Notes: generated by a model not told the origin, from the sequence alone. A stretch of DNA of 64,000 nt from Eledone cirrhosa (GCA_964016885.1 OZ024743.1:36952001-37016000); one strand, 5' to 3'. Shown: positions 28,101-42,738, counted from the first letter of the stretch. A program made the numbers and translations.

Positions 28101-29619
28101 CTAGCAGAACAGATCTAGAGGAATGAGCCTCGATAAAAATCCTGCTTGTCTCATAGCAGAAGATATCAAATAGTCGGAAAAGATACCGGAAGGAATCTCG
28201 CTAATACTAACAATTACATCAATCACCACTCGGTACTTTATATCTGAATGGATGAAAAGTAGAGTTGATCTCGATGGGATTTGAACTCACAGCGGTCTAA
28301 ACAACATTATCCATGTCAACAACAAGCTCGTAACTGACTTCAAATTGACGTCAGTTACACATGAAAAAATTGGTGACAAGATGATTGAAATACGAAACAA
28401 TAGATATGAGATGGCTACGGATAGAATGATCGAATGTTTTGTCAAATTAGCTACCCTCAGGCCATAAGTCCCTTGCAACGTCACATAAAGAAAGATCCAA
28501 ACTTTTAGAATAGACTTAAATAGCTAGATACATGTAAATGGTGCTTATAGCTTTATTCCGGAAGGTATACCTTCAATATCTTTTGACGTACCTCTGGCCT
28601 CGGTAAAAATAATTTTCTAAAGGCACCGCTTGTAAGATTGAATCTGAAACCGCATGATTGTAAAGCAAATATCTTAAGCATTCGTTGGATTGCTTTTGCT
28701 GTACGTAATTGAAAGAAATTATAACGAAAAGACACAAACGGAAATTTCTCTATATATAGTCCAGCTATTATCTGAATACTTAGCTCCAGTAACTATTATA
28801 GACACTAATGTCTGGAATATATTGTGTTGCTATTTGCATTACGTTTATTGTGTGAAGTCATTTTGTGTTGAATAGAACCGGACTGCTTATTTAATATTCA
28901 AACAACTTGCAAATAAAGCAAAACAACTAAGTATAACAACTAAGATTATTTTATTTTTCTTTCTCTTAAAAATAATCATTTAAAAAATCATGTCTTCCAA
29001 GCTTCACTAGTTTCTTAGATACCAGAGAGAATATTCAATTAATCAAGAAAGCTGGCTTAGAAAACAAAAACAGTTGCAAATAATGTTTTGGTGGTTGACT
29101 TTGTTAAAAATAGAAATGGTGGTAGTGGAGCGAAGTATTCCATTTTGTTTTTCTTTTCATTTACAACATATACTATCTAATTCTGATAAACGATGAAGCG
29201 GTTCTCTTTTAACACCATAGTTTTGTTTACACTGGCATTTTTTTAATCATTCACCTACTGGCTTTCTAGAGAATTTTCTTTCCTGATTTCTCTTCTAAAG
29301 TTGTATTTTTATCTTATCAGTTCGCTGAAATGGTTGACATTTTCCACTAGGCATATATCTTTTTCATCTCTCAGCAAAATAAACATCAATAATAACAGGC
29401 GGCGAATGGGCAGAAACGTTAGAGCGTCAGACGAAATGCCTTGTAGTATTTGTTAACATGTTAACTATCCAACCTAGATATGTAATTATCTATTATTTCT
29501 ATTATTGTGTTTTCTATCGTTATGTATGTTGCAGTTTGTTATATACCTGGTCTTCTTCCAGTGCATGTTTAATACCACATTTTTACTTTCCCTATTTATT
29601 TGGTTCAGTTGTCCTCGAA

Positions 29620-29890
29620 GATCAAAGATCACTCCAGGTGGAGCCGCTACTCTCCGAATTGAGAGATCACAGCTCGGGTACTATAGGTTAGAATATCTCA
29701 GGAAAGAATCACTGGACAGATTTTACGGGCAAAACCAACCGACAAGAGACCCAGAGTTAGACCTCGAGCAAGATGATTGGATAACATCCATGGCTGGTCA
29801 TGCTTGGGGATCTAGCCGGATCAATTGGAGACGGTTGCTTATGACAGGACTCGCTGGAAGGAGTGTTTGAGGACTCTTCCCCCACTACCC
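29620..29890 (+). mobile_element. RTE-like LINE 3' fragment (degenerate)
   Basis: Frameshifted SLQVEPLL-RIERSQLGYY...ISQERITGQILRAKPTDKRPRVRPRAR*LDNI, a typical RTE C-terminus. Confidence 0.65.
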
Positions 29891-30842
29891 TCTCAGGAAT
29901 AAGTGGGCGAAGAAGTTGTCCTAATTCCCTAACTGTTTTGTTGTGATTACTATGTCGTCTGTAACCCCTAGGTCTGTTAAGTGCTCTATTATTATTCCAC
30001 CTTACTACATGTCTATTTTCTTGAATATTCTTTGAAGTGCGCTGAACAGCCTTCATCCAGGTGTATTTTAGTTGTTTCAGATTGGTAGATATTTTAAAGA
30101 ATATCAACGTGTGTTTGATTGATGCCTTTTGTAATGAGAACAGCTGAGAAAACTTTACGCCTTTGCAAAGTCTTTGTAGCCCACGGTAAGTTGTTGGTAG
30201 TTGTTTGACTTTCCTATTACTGTATTAAAGAACTATTTCAACTCAATTGGACCTGCGCTCTTCAACATCATATGGAAATAAATCAAGGAAGAAAAGTTCC
30301 TATAACCTTCAAATGCTACATAGACAAATCACTTTAAAAAAATAGCAATGAATCACCTGCATTCAGATATGTTTCAGGTAACACCAGCTCCTTACGTGAA
30401 TTGACTATGTTTTCTCAGCACTTTGCCAGGTGATGTCTAAATAGCATCACCTGGTCAAATACTTGACGAAACCTACTAAAGTCATCAAAGTTTACTATCA
30501 TATCTGTTTCACAGTTTTGCTCCATCTCATGGTAGAAACAAAGACAATGCTCTTCAGAACTGATAGGAATTAAGGAAACGTGGATGCCATCAACAACACA
30601 CATGAATAAACTAAAACAAACCATACACACACACAATAAACTCTCATTATCTCATACATTTCATCCCAGAATGCTACCAGTATTTATTTAACCGATTACC
30701 CTCAACCTCAAACTGCGACCGCACGTGTGAAGCGGGGCAAAGTTTCTTCTGGTCAATCATACCTATTTATTAAGTTGAAGGTAAAGCGCCATAATTGTCT
30801 TTGATCACGGGATCTGAGAATACTTTTCAGACCGCGAATATA

Positions 30843-31011
30843 CCGTATTTCCCGGCGCCGAACACGCTTCGTCCTCGAGGACACACCCTAATTTTGACAA
30901 CCAAAAATTTGAAAAAAAAAAAATAAACAACCTTCGGACTCCACGACGCATGGTAGATTTTTGAGACTTATTTTAGGAAAAAAGTAGCGTCTTCGACGCC
31001 AGGAAATACAG
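30843..31011. mobile_element. MITE with ~25-bp terminal inverted repeats (Tc1/mariner-pogo-like)
   Basis: CCGTATTTCCCGGCGCCGAACACGC ... GCGTCTTCGACGCCAGGAAATACAG; TA on the left and TG on the right. Confidence 0.7.
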
Positions 31012-31107
31012 TGATCCAAAGAAACGCCCTAAATCTTACATTTGTATAAGAATAATTCAATAAAATAGAAACTGAATATACAGATTTCTGATTTATATAT
31101 AATTAAT

Positions 31108-31489
31108 TGTTTCTACTTTTTGGCACAAGGCCAGCAATTACCCAGTGCATTACTGGTACTTTATTTTATCGACCCCGTAAGGATGAAAGGCAAAGTTAAC
31201 CTCAGCGGGATTTGAACTCAGATCGTTAAGGGACGTAACTATGTTGGAAAGCATGATTTATATATAATTAATGGTTTCTTATGTAGGCTCAAGTCCAAGA
31301 ATTTTTGGGGAGGGGGAAGTCGATTAAATCGACCCCAGTGCGTCACTGGTACTTTATTTTATCGACCCCGTAAGGATAAAAGGCAAAGTTAACCTCGGCA
31401 GGATTTGAACTCAGATCATAAAGAGCCGTAACTTTATGCTGCAAAGCATGTTGTCCGACGCTCTACCGATACTGCCAATCGACCGCCCT
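31108..31489 (-). mobile_element. Two SINE A copies separated and flanked by three copies of a 19-bp target
   Basis: TGATTTATATATAATTAAT at 31089, 31254 and 31490. Confidence 0.9.
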
Positions 31490-31921
31490 TGATTTATATA
31501 TAATTAATCATCACTGTCTAATAATTTTATACTTTAATTACTAATTTATTTGTGGACCTACATTGGGTTGATGTACACACACAAACGCACATACATACAC
31601 ATACACAATAGTAAATACATGTAATGTTTGTACGAAGTTTCTGTTTTATTTCTACCCTTTCTTTGTTCTGTATGACGTGTAGAATATGCATATATATATA
31701 TATATAGAATATATATATACACGTAAATATTCCTCTACTCAGTTTTGTTTTCTCTTTATTTTTCAAGTAGCTGCTTTCTTTGTGTGTGTATGTGTGTGTA
31801 TGTGTGTGTGGGTGGGGTGGGGGGGTAATATATTTGTAGAGTTTAAGCGTGAGCAACATTTTTAATTGGTCTAGTCAAATACAAGCATCGTGAATTCATT
31901 TATATATGTTCATTTTTTTCC

Positions 31922-31975
<54 letters not shown>

Positions 31976-32296
31976 GTGTGTGCGTGTGTGTGTGTGTGTA
32001 CTAGGCACCCTTAGACTCCCATTTTCCTCCGCCAAATCAGGAGGAGGGTATCACACCTGAGGAAGGAACCACGTGAGGTGGAATGAATGATAGAGAAACT
32101 ATCGCTGAGTGTTCTTGTCATTGCCTTTACCATGTTGACGGTGGGGCACAGCAGCTGAGATATACCATCCGCTTTACATTTGCTTTTTTTGTATTTTCCT
32201 CTTTCTTTTGGTCAATTTTGTTATTGTATTATGAATATATTCTTCAATAAAATAAAAAAAAAGTTATTTTATTGGTTTATTATTATGCGGTAGAAT

Positions 32297-32685
32297 GGCG
32301 GTGGATTGGCAGGATCGGTAGAGGGTCGGACGCCATGCTTTACAGCAAAGAGTTACGGCCCTTTATGGACTGAGTTCAAATCCCGCCGAGGTTAACTTTG
32401 CCTTTCATCCTTACGGGGTCGATAAAACAAAGTACCAGTAATACACTGGAATAATTGCTGGCCTTGTGCCAAAAGTAGAAATAATTATTATGTGGTGGAT
32501 TGATAGTATCAGTAGAGAGTCGGACGGGACGCCATGCCTTGCAACATAGAGTTACGGCCCTTTATGGTCTGAGTTCAAATTCCGCCGATGTTAACTTTAC
32601 CTTTCATCCTTACAGAGTCGATAAAATAAAGTACCAGTAATATACTGGAATAATTGCTGGCCTTCTGCCAAAAGTAAAAACAGTT
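32297..32685 (+). mobile_element. Tandem pair of SINE A
   Basis: Two consecutive A-box/B-box/body/tail units. Confidence 0.88.
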
Positions 32686-34061
32686 ACCAACAATGCAAAA
32701 ATGTATACTCTCCAAATTATTCGTTATACACACACACACACACAAACATGCACGAACACACACACGCATGCACACACACGCACGCATAAATAAAAATAAA
32801 AATGAGATAAAGAATTTCTTTTTTTTTTTTCAAATAGCAAGTAACTAAAGAAAGAGTTGTCATGTGACTGGAAGATTTTATGCAGCTGTTGCTACAAGTT
32901 TACAGAGAAATTATGCTTCATTGCATTTCCTACTTTAGTGCATGCTGCAACTACAATGCCATGTAGTTGGCAATCCTGCAGTCAGTTTTTTCACCCCCCC
33001 CCATCCCCCGCCATACTCTGCGTGTCTTCCTCGCGCGCATTTTGCACACTTGTTTGCTTTTCAGCTTTTCCTTTGCGTGTCTGCGTGCGTGCGTGCGCGC
33101 ATTTCTGCGTCAGTCTCTTTCCCATATATATATATCCCTCCCTCTCCCAGTTTCCTTCTCATTCATTCACTCTCTCTCCCTCTCTCCCTCCCCCCTCTCT
33201 CTTTCTCTCTCTCTTACTCTCTCTCTTACTCTCTCTCCTATCATTCTATGACATACTTTCTGCTTCTCTCACTCTCCTATATCTTAACTATAATAAAGGA
33301 TATAATATAATCTTTATAGATTAACCACAACTAATTCATGTCGAGTACGCATTTAAACATGGTTCTCTTTCTTCTTCAACCAAGAATATGCAACATATAT
33401 ATCATAATGAAATGGCTTTAAACCATATACTGATATATGTTATACAAGTTGTAAGCATTATCTGATACAAATCTTCTTTAAGTAGAGTGGAATAATTTAA
33501 TTTTATATGATCATCTCCCCTACTTCCCCCTTCTTTATTTCTCTCCCCCTGTCGCTCTTTATTTCATTCTTTCTTTTCTGATAACAGACTAACGCCCGAA
33601 GCGTCGAAGGCACTGTTTTAATTCCCTTTCTTCTAAGTGTTAAACTTATAGCATTCATCATAATTTGATGTCCATGTTTGTACTTTCTTGTTTTTCACTT
33701 TGTTTTGTCCTTGCACTATATATAAGATGGCTGACTAACAACAGCTCGTGCTTTCTCTCTTCTCGTCTCTTTCCCCTCGTCTGTCTTCCGTTTATTGCCC
33801 TCGCCCAAACATCCGCTCTTCTCTCTGAAAGACTAGTGTCCAAAACGTTCAGTCTATTTTGCAATGCTAACTTAATATACCATAATTGTATTGTTTTCTT
33901 GTGTGTTTTTCTTTCTTTATGTGTGTTTGTGTGTGTATATATGTATATTCACCACCCCCCTCTCTCTCTTATCTTTTCTCAAACATAACATCTTGTTAAC
34001 ACTACCTTTCCCCACTACTATTTTACGTTTGTTTCAACTTATGTCATTCCATTACACAATG

Positions 34062-36172
34062 CATTCACGCATACAATACACAGAGACACAGTATATACAC
34101 ATTCACGCATACAATACACAGAGACACAGTATATATACATTCACGCATACAATACACAGAGACACAGTATATACACATTCACGCATACAATACAGAGAGA
34201 CACAGTATATATACATTCACGCATACAATACACAGAGACACAGTACATACACATTCACGCATACAATACACAGAGACACAGTATATACACATTCACGCAT
34301 ACAATACACAGAGACACAGTATATATACATTCACGCATACAATACACAGAGACACAGTATATATACATTCACGCATACAATACACAGAGACACAGTATAT
34401 ACACATTCACGCATACAATACACAGAGACACAGTATATATACATTCACGCATACAATACACAGAGACACAGTATATATACATTCACGCATACAATACACA
34501 GAGACACAGTATATACACATTCACGCATACAATACACAGAGACACAGTATATATGCATTCACGCATACAATACACAGAGACACAGTATATACACATTCAC
34601 GCATACAATACACAGAGACACAGTATATACACATTCACGCATACAATACACAGACACAGTATATATACATTCACGCATACAATACACAGAGACACAGTAT
34701 ATATACATTCACGCATACAATACACAGAGACACAGTATATATGCATTCACGCATACAATACACAGAGACACAGTATATACACATTCATGCATACAATACA
34801 CAGAGACACAGTATATACACATTCACGCATACAATACAGAGAGACACAGTATATATGCATTCACGCATACAATACACAGAGACACAGTATATACACATTC
34901 ACGCATACAATACACAGAGACACAGTATATACACATTCACGCATACAATACACAGACACAGTATATATACATTCACGCATACAATACACAGAGACACAGT
35001 ATATATACATTCACGCATACAATACACAGAGACACAGTATATATGCATTCACGCATACAATACACAGAGACACAGTATATACACATTCATGCATACAATA
35101 CACAGAGACACAGTATATACACATTCACGCATACAATACAGAGAGACACAGTATATACACATTCACGCATACAATACACAGAGACACAGTATATATACAT
35201 TCACGCATACAATACACAGAGACACAGTATATATACATTCACGCATACTATACACAGAGACACAGTATATACACATTCACGCATACAATACACAGAGACA
35301 CAGTATATATGCATTCACGCATACAATACACAGAGACACAGTATATACACATTCACGCATACAATACACAGAGACACAGTATATACACATTCACGCATAC
35401 AATACACAGACACAGTATATATACATTCACGCATACAATACACAGAGACACAGTATATATACATTCACGCATACAATACACAGAGACACAGTATATATAC
35501 ATTCACGCATACAATACACAGAGACACAGTATATACACATTCACGCATACAATACACAGAGACACAGTATATACACATTCACGCATACAATACAGAGAGA
35601 CACAGTATATATACATTCACGCATACAATACACAGAGACACAGTATATACACATTCACGCATACAATACACAGAGACACAGTATATACACATTCACGCAT
35701 ACAATACACAGAGACACAGTATATACACATTCACGCATACAATACACAGAGACACAGTATATATACATTCACGCATACAATACACAGAGGCACAGTATAT
35801 ACACATTCACGCATACAATACACAGAGACACAGTATATATACATTCACGCATACAATACACAGAGACACAGTATATATACATTCACGCATACAATACACA
35901 GAGACACAGTATATATGCATTCACGCATACAATACACAGAGACACAGTATATATGCATTCACGCATACAATACACAGAGACACAGTATATACACATTCAC
36001 GCATACAATACACAGAGACACAGTATATACACATTCATGCATACAATACACAGAGACACAGTATATACACATTCACGCATACAATACAGAGAGACACAGT
36101 ATATATGCATTCACGCATACAATACACAGAGACACAGTATATACACATTCACGCATACAATACACAGAGACA
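34062..36172. repeat. 38-bp minisatellite, about 55 copies
   Basis: Unit CATTCACGCATACAATACACAGAGACACAGTATATACA; the 38-aa periodicity in all three + ORFs confirms the unit length. Confidence 0.97.
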
Positions 36173-36317
36173 CCTTACACATCCACATATATACACAATA
36201 GATACACATACACGCACGCCGTGCATGCACGTACTACAGGTTCTCATACTCACACACACTATGCACTCTACATACAATGCATGCACATACGTATACACCA
36301 TGCCTGTAACTACATAC

Positions 36318-36366
36318 ACACATACACACACGACACTTAATAGACACATATACAGATACTACACCT

Positions 36367-36404
<38 letters not shown>

Positions 36405-36879
36405 CACACACACATACACACATACACACACGACACTTAATAGACACATATACAGATACTACACCTGACACACACACACACGCACACACACACACACACA
36501 CATACACACACACACATACACACATACACACATACACACACGACACTTAATAGACACATATACAGATACTACACCTGACACACACACACACACATGCACA
36601 CACACATACACACATACACACGCGACACTCAATAGACACATATACAGATACTACACCTGACACACACACACACACACACACATGCACACACACATACACA
36701 TATACACACACGACACTCAATAGACACATATACAGATACTACACCTGACACACACACACACACACACATGCACACACACATACACACATACACACGCGAC
36801 ACTCAATAGACACATATACAGATACTACACCTGACACACACACACGACACTCATAGACACACATACATATACTACACCT

Positions 36880-36914
<35 letters not shown>

Positions 36915-37606
36915 CACTCATAGACACACATACATATACTACACCTGACACACACACACACACACACGACACTCATAGACACATATACATATACTACACC
37001 TGACACACACACACACACACACGACACTCATAGACACACATACATATACTACACCTGACACACACACACACGACACTCATAGACACACATACATATACTA
37101 CACCTGACACACACACACACACACACGACACTCATAGACACACATACATATATTACACCTGACACACACACACCACACACACGACACTCATAGACACACA
37201 TACATATACTACACCTGACACACACACACACACACACGACACTCATAGACACACATACATATACTACACCTGACACACACACACACGACACTCATAGACA
37301 CACATACATATACTACACCTGACACACACACACACACACACACGACGCTCATAGACACATATACAGATACTACACCTGACACACACACACACACACACGA
37401 CACGCATAGACACATATACAGATACTACACCTGACACACACACACACACGCACACACACACACACGCATAAACACATATACAGATACTACACCTGACACA
37501 CACACACACACACACACACGACACTCATAGACACACATACATATACTACACCTGACACACACACACACACACGACACTCATAGACACACATACATATACT
37601 ACACCT

Positions 37607-37679
<73 letters not shown>

Positions 37680-37710
37680 CACTCATAAACATATATATAG
37701 ATACTACATC
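36318..37710. repeat. Composite minisatellite: ~37-bp constant core plus variable (CA)n, about 20 copies
   Basis: Core CGACACTCATAGACACA(C/T)ATACA(T/G)ATACTACACCTGA. Confidence 0.93.
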
Positions 37711-37769
37711 CATTACAGTTTAATTTTCTCACTTTTACGCTAAAGATGGAGGGGTGTGGGTGATGTAGC

Positions 37770-40410
37770 GTGATGATGGTGGTGGTTGTGTTGGTGCTGG
37801 TAGTAGTGGTGGTAGTGGTGGTGGTAGTGGTGTTGGTGTTGGTAGTAGTGGTGGTAGTGGTGGTTGTGGTGTTGGTGGTGGTAGTGGTGGTAGTGGTAGT
37901 GGTGGTTGTGTTGGTTGTGGTAGTGGTGGTTGTGGTAGTGGTGGTTGTGTTGGTTGTGGTTGTGTTGGTTGTGGTAGGGGTGGTTGTGTTGGTTGTGGTT
38001 GTGGTGGTTGTGGTAGTGGTGGTTGTGGTAGGGGTGGTTGTGTTGGTTGTGGTTGTGTTGGTTGTGGTAGTGGTGGTTGTGGTAGTGGTGGTTGTGTTGG
38101 TTGTGGTTGTGTTGGTTGTGGTAGTGCTGGTTGTGTTGGTTGTGGTTGTGTTGGTTGTGGTAGTGGTGGTTGTGGTAGGGGTGGTTGTGTTGGTGGTGGT
38201 TGTGGTGGTAGTGGTGGTTGTGTTGGTGGTGGTAGTAGTGGTGGTAGGGGTGGTTGTGGTGTTGGTGGTGGTAGTGGTGGTAGTGGTAGTGGTGGTTGTG
38301 TTGGTTGTGGTAGTGGTGGTTGTGTTGGTTGTGGTTGTGTTGGTTGTGGTAGTGCTGGTTGTGTTGGTTGTGGTTGTGTTGGTTGTGGTAGTGGTGGTTG
38401 TGGTAGGGGTGGTTGTGTTAGTGGTGGTTGTGGTGGTAGTGGTGGTTGTGTTGGTGGTGGTAGTAATGGTTGTGGTAGTGGTGGTAGTGGTGGTGGTAGT
38501 GGTGGTTGTGTTGGTGGTGGTAGTGGTGGTTGTGGTAGTGGTGGTTGTGTTGGTTGTGGTAGTGGTGGTTGTGGTAGTGGTGGTTGTGTTTGTGCTGGTT
38601 GTGGTAGTGGTGGTTGTCTTGGTTGTGGTAGTGCTGGTTGTGTTGGTTGTGGTTGTGTTGGTTGTGGTAGTGCTGGTTGTGTTGGTTGTGGTTGTGTTGG
38701 TTGTGGTAGTGGTGGTTGTGGTAGTGGTGGTTGTGTTGGTTGTGGTTGTGTTGGTTGTGGTAGTGCTGGTTGTGTTGGTTGTGGTTGTGTTGGTTGTGCT
38801 AGTGGTGGTTGTGGTAGGGGTGGTTGTGTTGGTGGTGGTTGTGGTGGTAGTGGTGGTTGTGTTGGTGGTGGTAGTAATGGTTGTGGTAGTGGTGGTAGTG
38901 GTGGTGGTAGTGGTGGTTGTGTTGGTGGTGGTAGTGGTGGTTGTGGTAGTGGTGGTAGTAATGGTTGTGGTAGTGGTGGTAGTGGTGGTGGTAGTGGTGG
39001 TTGTGTTGGTGGTGGTAGTGGTGGTTGTGGTAGTGGTGGTTGTGTTGGTTGTGGTAGTGGTGGTTGTGGTAGTGGTGGTTGTGTTTGTGGTGGTTGTGGT
39101 AGTGGTGGTTGTCTTGGTTGTGGTAGTGCTGGTTGTGTTGGTTGTGGTTGTGGTAGTGCTGGTTGTGTTGGTTGTGGTTGTGTTGGTTGTGGTAGTGGTG
39201 GTTGTGGTAGTGGTGGTTGTGTTGGTTGTGGTTGTGTTGGTTGTGGTAGTGCTGGTTGTGTTGGTTGTGGTTGTGTTGGTTGTGGTAGTGGTGGTTGTGG
39301 TAGGGGTGGTTGTGTTGGTGGTGGTTGTGGTGGTAGTGGTGGTTGTGTTGGTTGTGGTAGTGGTGGTTGTGGTAGTGGTGGTTGTGGTAGGGGTGGTTGT
39401 GTTGGTGGTGGTTGTGGTGGTAGTGGTGGTTGTGTTGGTGGTGGTAGTAATGGTTGTGGTAGTGGTGGTAGTGGTGGTAGTAGTGGTGGTTGTGTTGGTT
39501 GTGGTAGTGGTGGTTGTGGCAGTGGTGGTTGTGTTGGTTGTGGTAGTGGTGGTTGTGGTAGTGGTGGTTGTGTTTGTGGTGGTTGTGGTAGTGGTGGTTG
39601 TGGTAGGGGTGGTTGTGGTAGTGCTGGTTGTGGTAGTGCTGGTTGTGGTAGTGGTGGTTGTGTTGGTTGTGGTAGTGGTGGTTGTGGTAGTGGTGGTTGT
39701 GGTAGGGGTGGTTGTGGTAGTGCTGGTTGTGGTAGGGGTGGTTGTGGTAGTGGTGGTTGTGTTGGTTGTGGTAGTGGTGGTTGTGGTTGTGGTAGGGGTG
39801 GTTGTGGTAGTGCTGGTTGTGGTAGTGCTGGTTGTGGTAGTGGTGGTTGTGCTGGTTGTGTTGGTTGTGGTAGTGGTGGTTGTGGTAGTGGTGGTTGTGG
39901 TAGGGGTGGTTGTGGTAGTGCTGGTTGTGTTGGTTGTGGTAGTGGTGGTTGTGGTTGTGTTGGTTGTGGTAGTGGTGGTTGTGGTAGTGGTGGTTGTGTT
40001 GGTTGTGGTAGTGGTGGTTGTGGTAGTGGTGGTTGTGTTTGTGGTGGTTGTGGTAGTGGTGTTTGTGGTAGGGGTGGTTGTGGTAGTGCTGGTTGTGGTA
40101 GTGCTGGTTGTGGTAGTGGTGGTTGTGTTGGTTGTGGTAGTGGTGGTTGTGGTAGTGGTGGTTGTGGTAGTGCTGGTTGTGGTAGTGGTGGTTGTGTTGG
40201 TTGTGGTAGTGGTGGTTGTGGTAGTGGTGGTTGTTTTTGTGGTGGTTGTCGTGTTGGTGGCAGTAGTAATGATGATTGTGTAGTGGTTTGGAGTTAGTAG
40301 TTGTGTCTCTGATGATTGTGTTTGTGGTGGTTGACGTGTTAGTGGCGGTGGTTGCCTTGGTTGTGGTAGTGGTGGTTGACGTGTTAGTGGCGGTGGTTGC
40401 CTTGGTTGTC
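37770..40410. repeat. 2.6-kb degenerate trinucleotide (GTN)n array
   Basis: In-register GTG/GTT/GTA/TTG triplets; poly-Val on + and poly-Thr or His/Asn on -. Confidence 0.95.
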
Positions 40411-40654
40411 TGAAAGTAATGGCAGTGGCTGTGTTCTTCCATCACCAAAGCCATTCAAATTGTTGTAGTCCCAGAATTTGAAAGTATTTTTGTTTTCAAT
40501 TAAATCAAACCTTTTTTATTTCAATGAAAGCTATGAAAAAACAAATCTACTTAGGAAAGTAATTATACACATATCTTTGTTGTTGTAGAGGTTGTCATTG
40601 TTGTTGTAGAGGTTGTCAATGTTGCGGTCTTCGTGGTTTTGGTTGTATTTGTTG

Positions 40655-40977
<323 letters not shown>

Positions 40978-40979
40978 AA

Positions 40980-41727
40980 GGCGGATATTTTGACAGAGTC
41001 GTTAGAGCATCGGATATTTGTTCCGGGATCCTTCATTCTGAGTTGAAATCTGAGGTTAACTTTGCCTTTCATTATTTTGGGTGGATTGGCAGTGTCGGTA
41101 GAGTGTCGAACAACATGATTTGACGCACAGAGTTACGGCCCTTACCATTCTGAGTTCAAATCCCGTCGAGGTTCACTTTGCCTTTCATCCTTACGGGGTC
41201 GATAAAATAAAGTACCAGTAATACACTGGATAATTGTTGACCTTGTGCCAAAAGTAGAAACAATTATTTGAGATGGATTGGCAGTATCGGTAGAGAGTCG
41301 GACGCCATGCTTTGCAGCATAGAGTTACGTCCCTTTTTGGTCTGAGTTCAAATCCCGCCGTTGTTAACTTTGCCTTTCATCCTTACGGGGTAGATAAAAT
41401 AAAGTACCAGTCAAGCACTGGGGTCAATTTAATCGTCTTTCCCCTCCTCTGAAATTGCTGGCCTTGTGCCTATATAAGAAACCATTATTGACGGTGTAAG
41501 ATTGGTAGAATCATTAGTGTGTCGGACAAGATGTTTTGTGGTATTTGTTCTGATTAAGTTCTGGGTTCAAATCACACCTATTTCCATTTACCTTCCATCT
41601 TTCTTGGGTCAATAAAAATAGTACCAGTCAAGTTACTGGGGTCAAGTACCAATCACGCACTGGGGGTCGATTTAATCGCCCCCCCCCTCCCAATTGATGG
41701 CCTTGTGCCTATATAAGAAACCATTAT
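40980..41727 (+). mobile_element. Cluster of about five SINE A copies and fragments
   Basis: Repeated family motifs of differing divergence. Confidence 0.85.
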
Positions 41728-42111
41728 TTTGCCGCCACAGCGCTCTTTCCTGGCAGACGATACATCCTCGACATTCCTCTTGATAATGGAATGGAAGGTC
41801 GAGAAGTTCTTTGACTGCTCACGACTAAAGCCCTTATCGAAAGTATGTTATACTTGATCTTGAGTTGGGCTGTAGCACATACGTACATACATACATACGC
41901 AGATACATACATACATACATTCATACATACATATATACATACATATATATACATACATGCATGTATGTATATATATATATATCTTTATTTTATATAGAAA
42001 TGACTTCTACAGGACTAAAACTATTTCATTTGTATGAAATCATCAGGAATGTGTGCGTGTATATATTATGTATGTATATATATATATACACATATATATA
42101 TACATATATAC

Positions 42112-42171
<60 letters not shown>

Positions 42172-42406
42172 CATCATCAGGTCGAGCTATGTCAGGCCAC
42201 TCTCGAGTGCTACTGGTAACATGTAACCCAGTACAACATGTCGCATGGTCGGGTCGTCGGCGACTAAACCGGCAACCCCATCAAGTTTATTTGGTGAGGA
42301 GGGTGATTTTGGACATCCTGCACGACAAAAACAAAACCTGACAAAGGGCGGAAGAACTCATAAGAGTCGGCGATCCAAAAATTGTGTAAATGTGTATATA
42401 GTGTAT

Positions 42407-42483
<77 letters not shown>

Positions 42484-42738
42484 CGTAGCCTTGGTCGGCA
42501 ATCTGTCTAGGGGAGGGACCACTCTGATTTCAAAGCTGGGGCGGACAGAGCTCTTTGTCAAACCAATCCTGACTGGGTTAAACGACGACATTGGTAAGCA
42601 GGATGTCGGATCAGTAGATCAAGTAACTGTGAATCAATTATTGTTGAATGTTTCGGTGAGGCACAACCGCTCTAATACAGAGTACTGCTTTCACTTGTAT
42701 GGAGTAACGATCGCAAGTGTATATCCAGCTATTGAAAG

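Noticed and set aside
33891-36368. 825, 595 and 486-aa ORFs
   Set aside because: Translations of the stop-free 38-bp satellite in all three frames.
36318-37710. CRISPR-like repeat-spacer appearance
   Set aside because: The spacers are (CA)n, the context is eukaryotic, and there are no cas genes.
37770-40454. 837-aa poly-Val ORF and 551-aa His/Asn ORF
   Set aside because: Reading frames of a degenerate triplet repeat; no domain or splice support.
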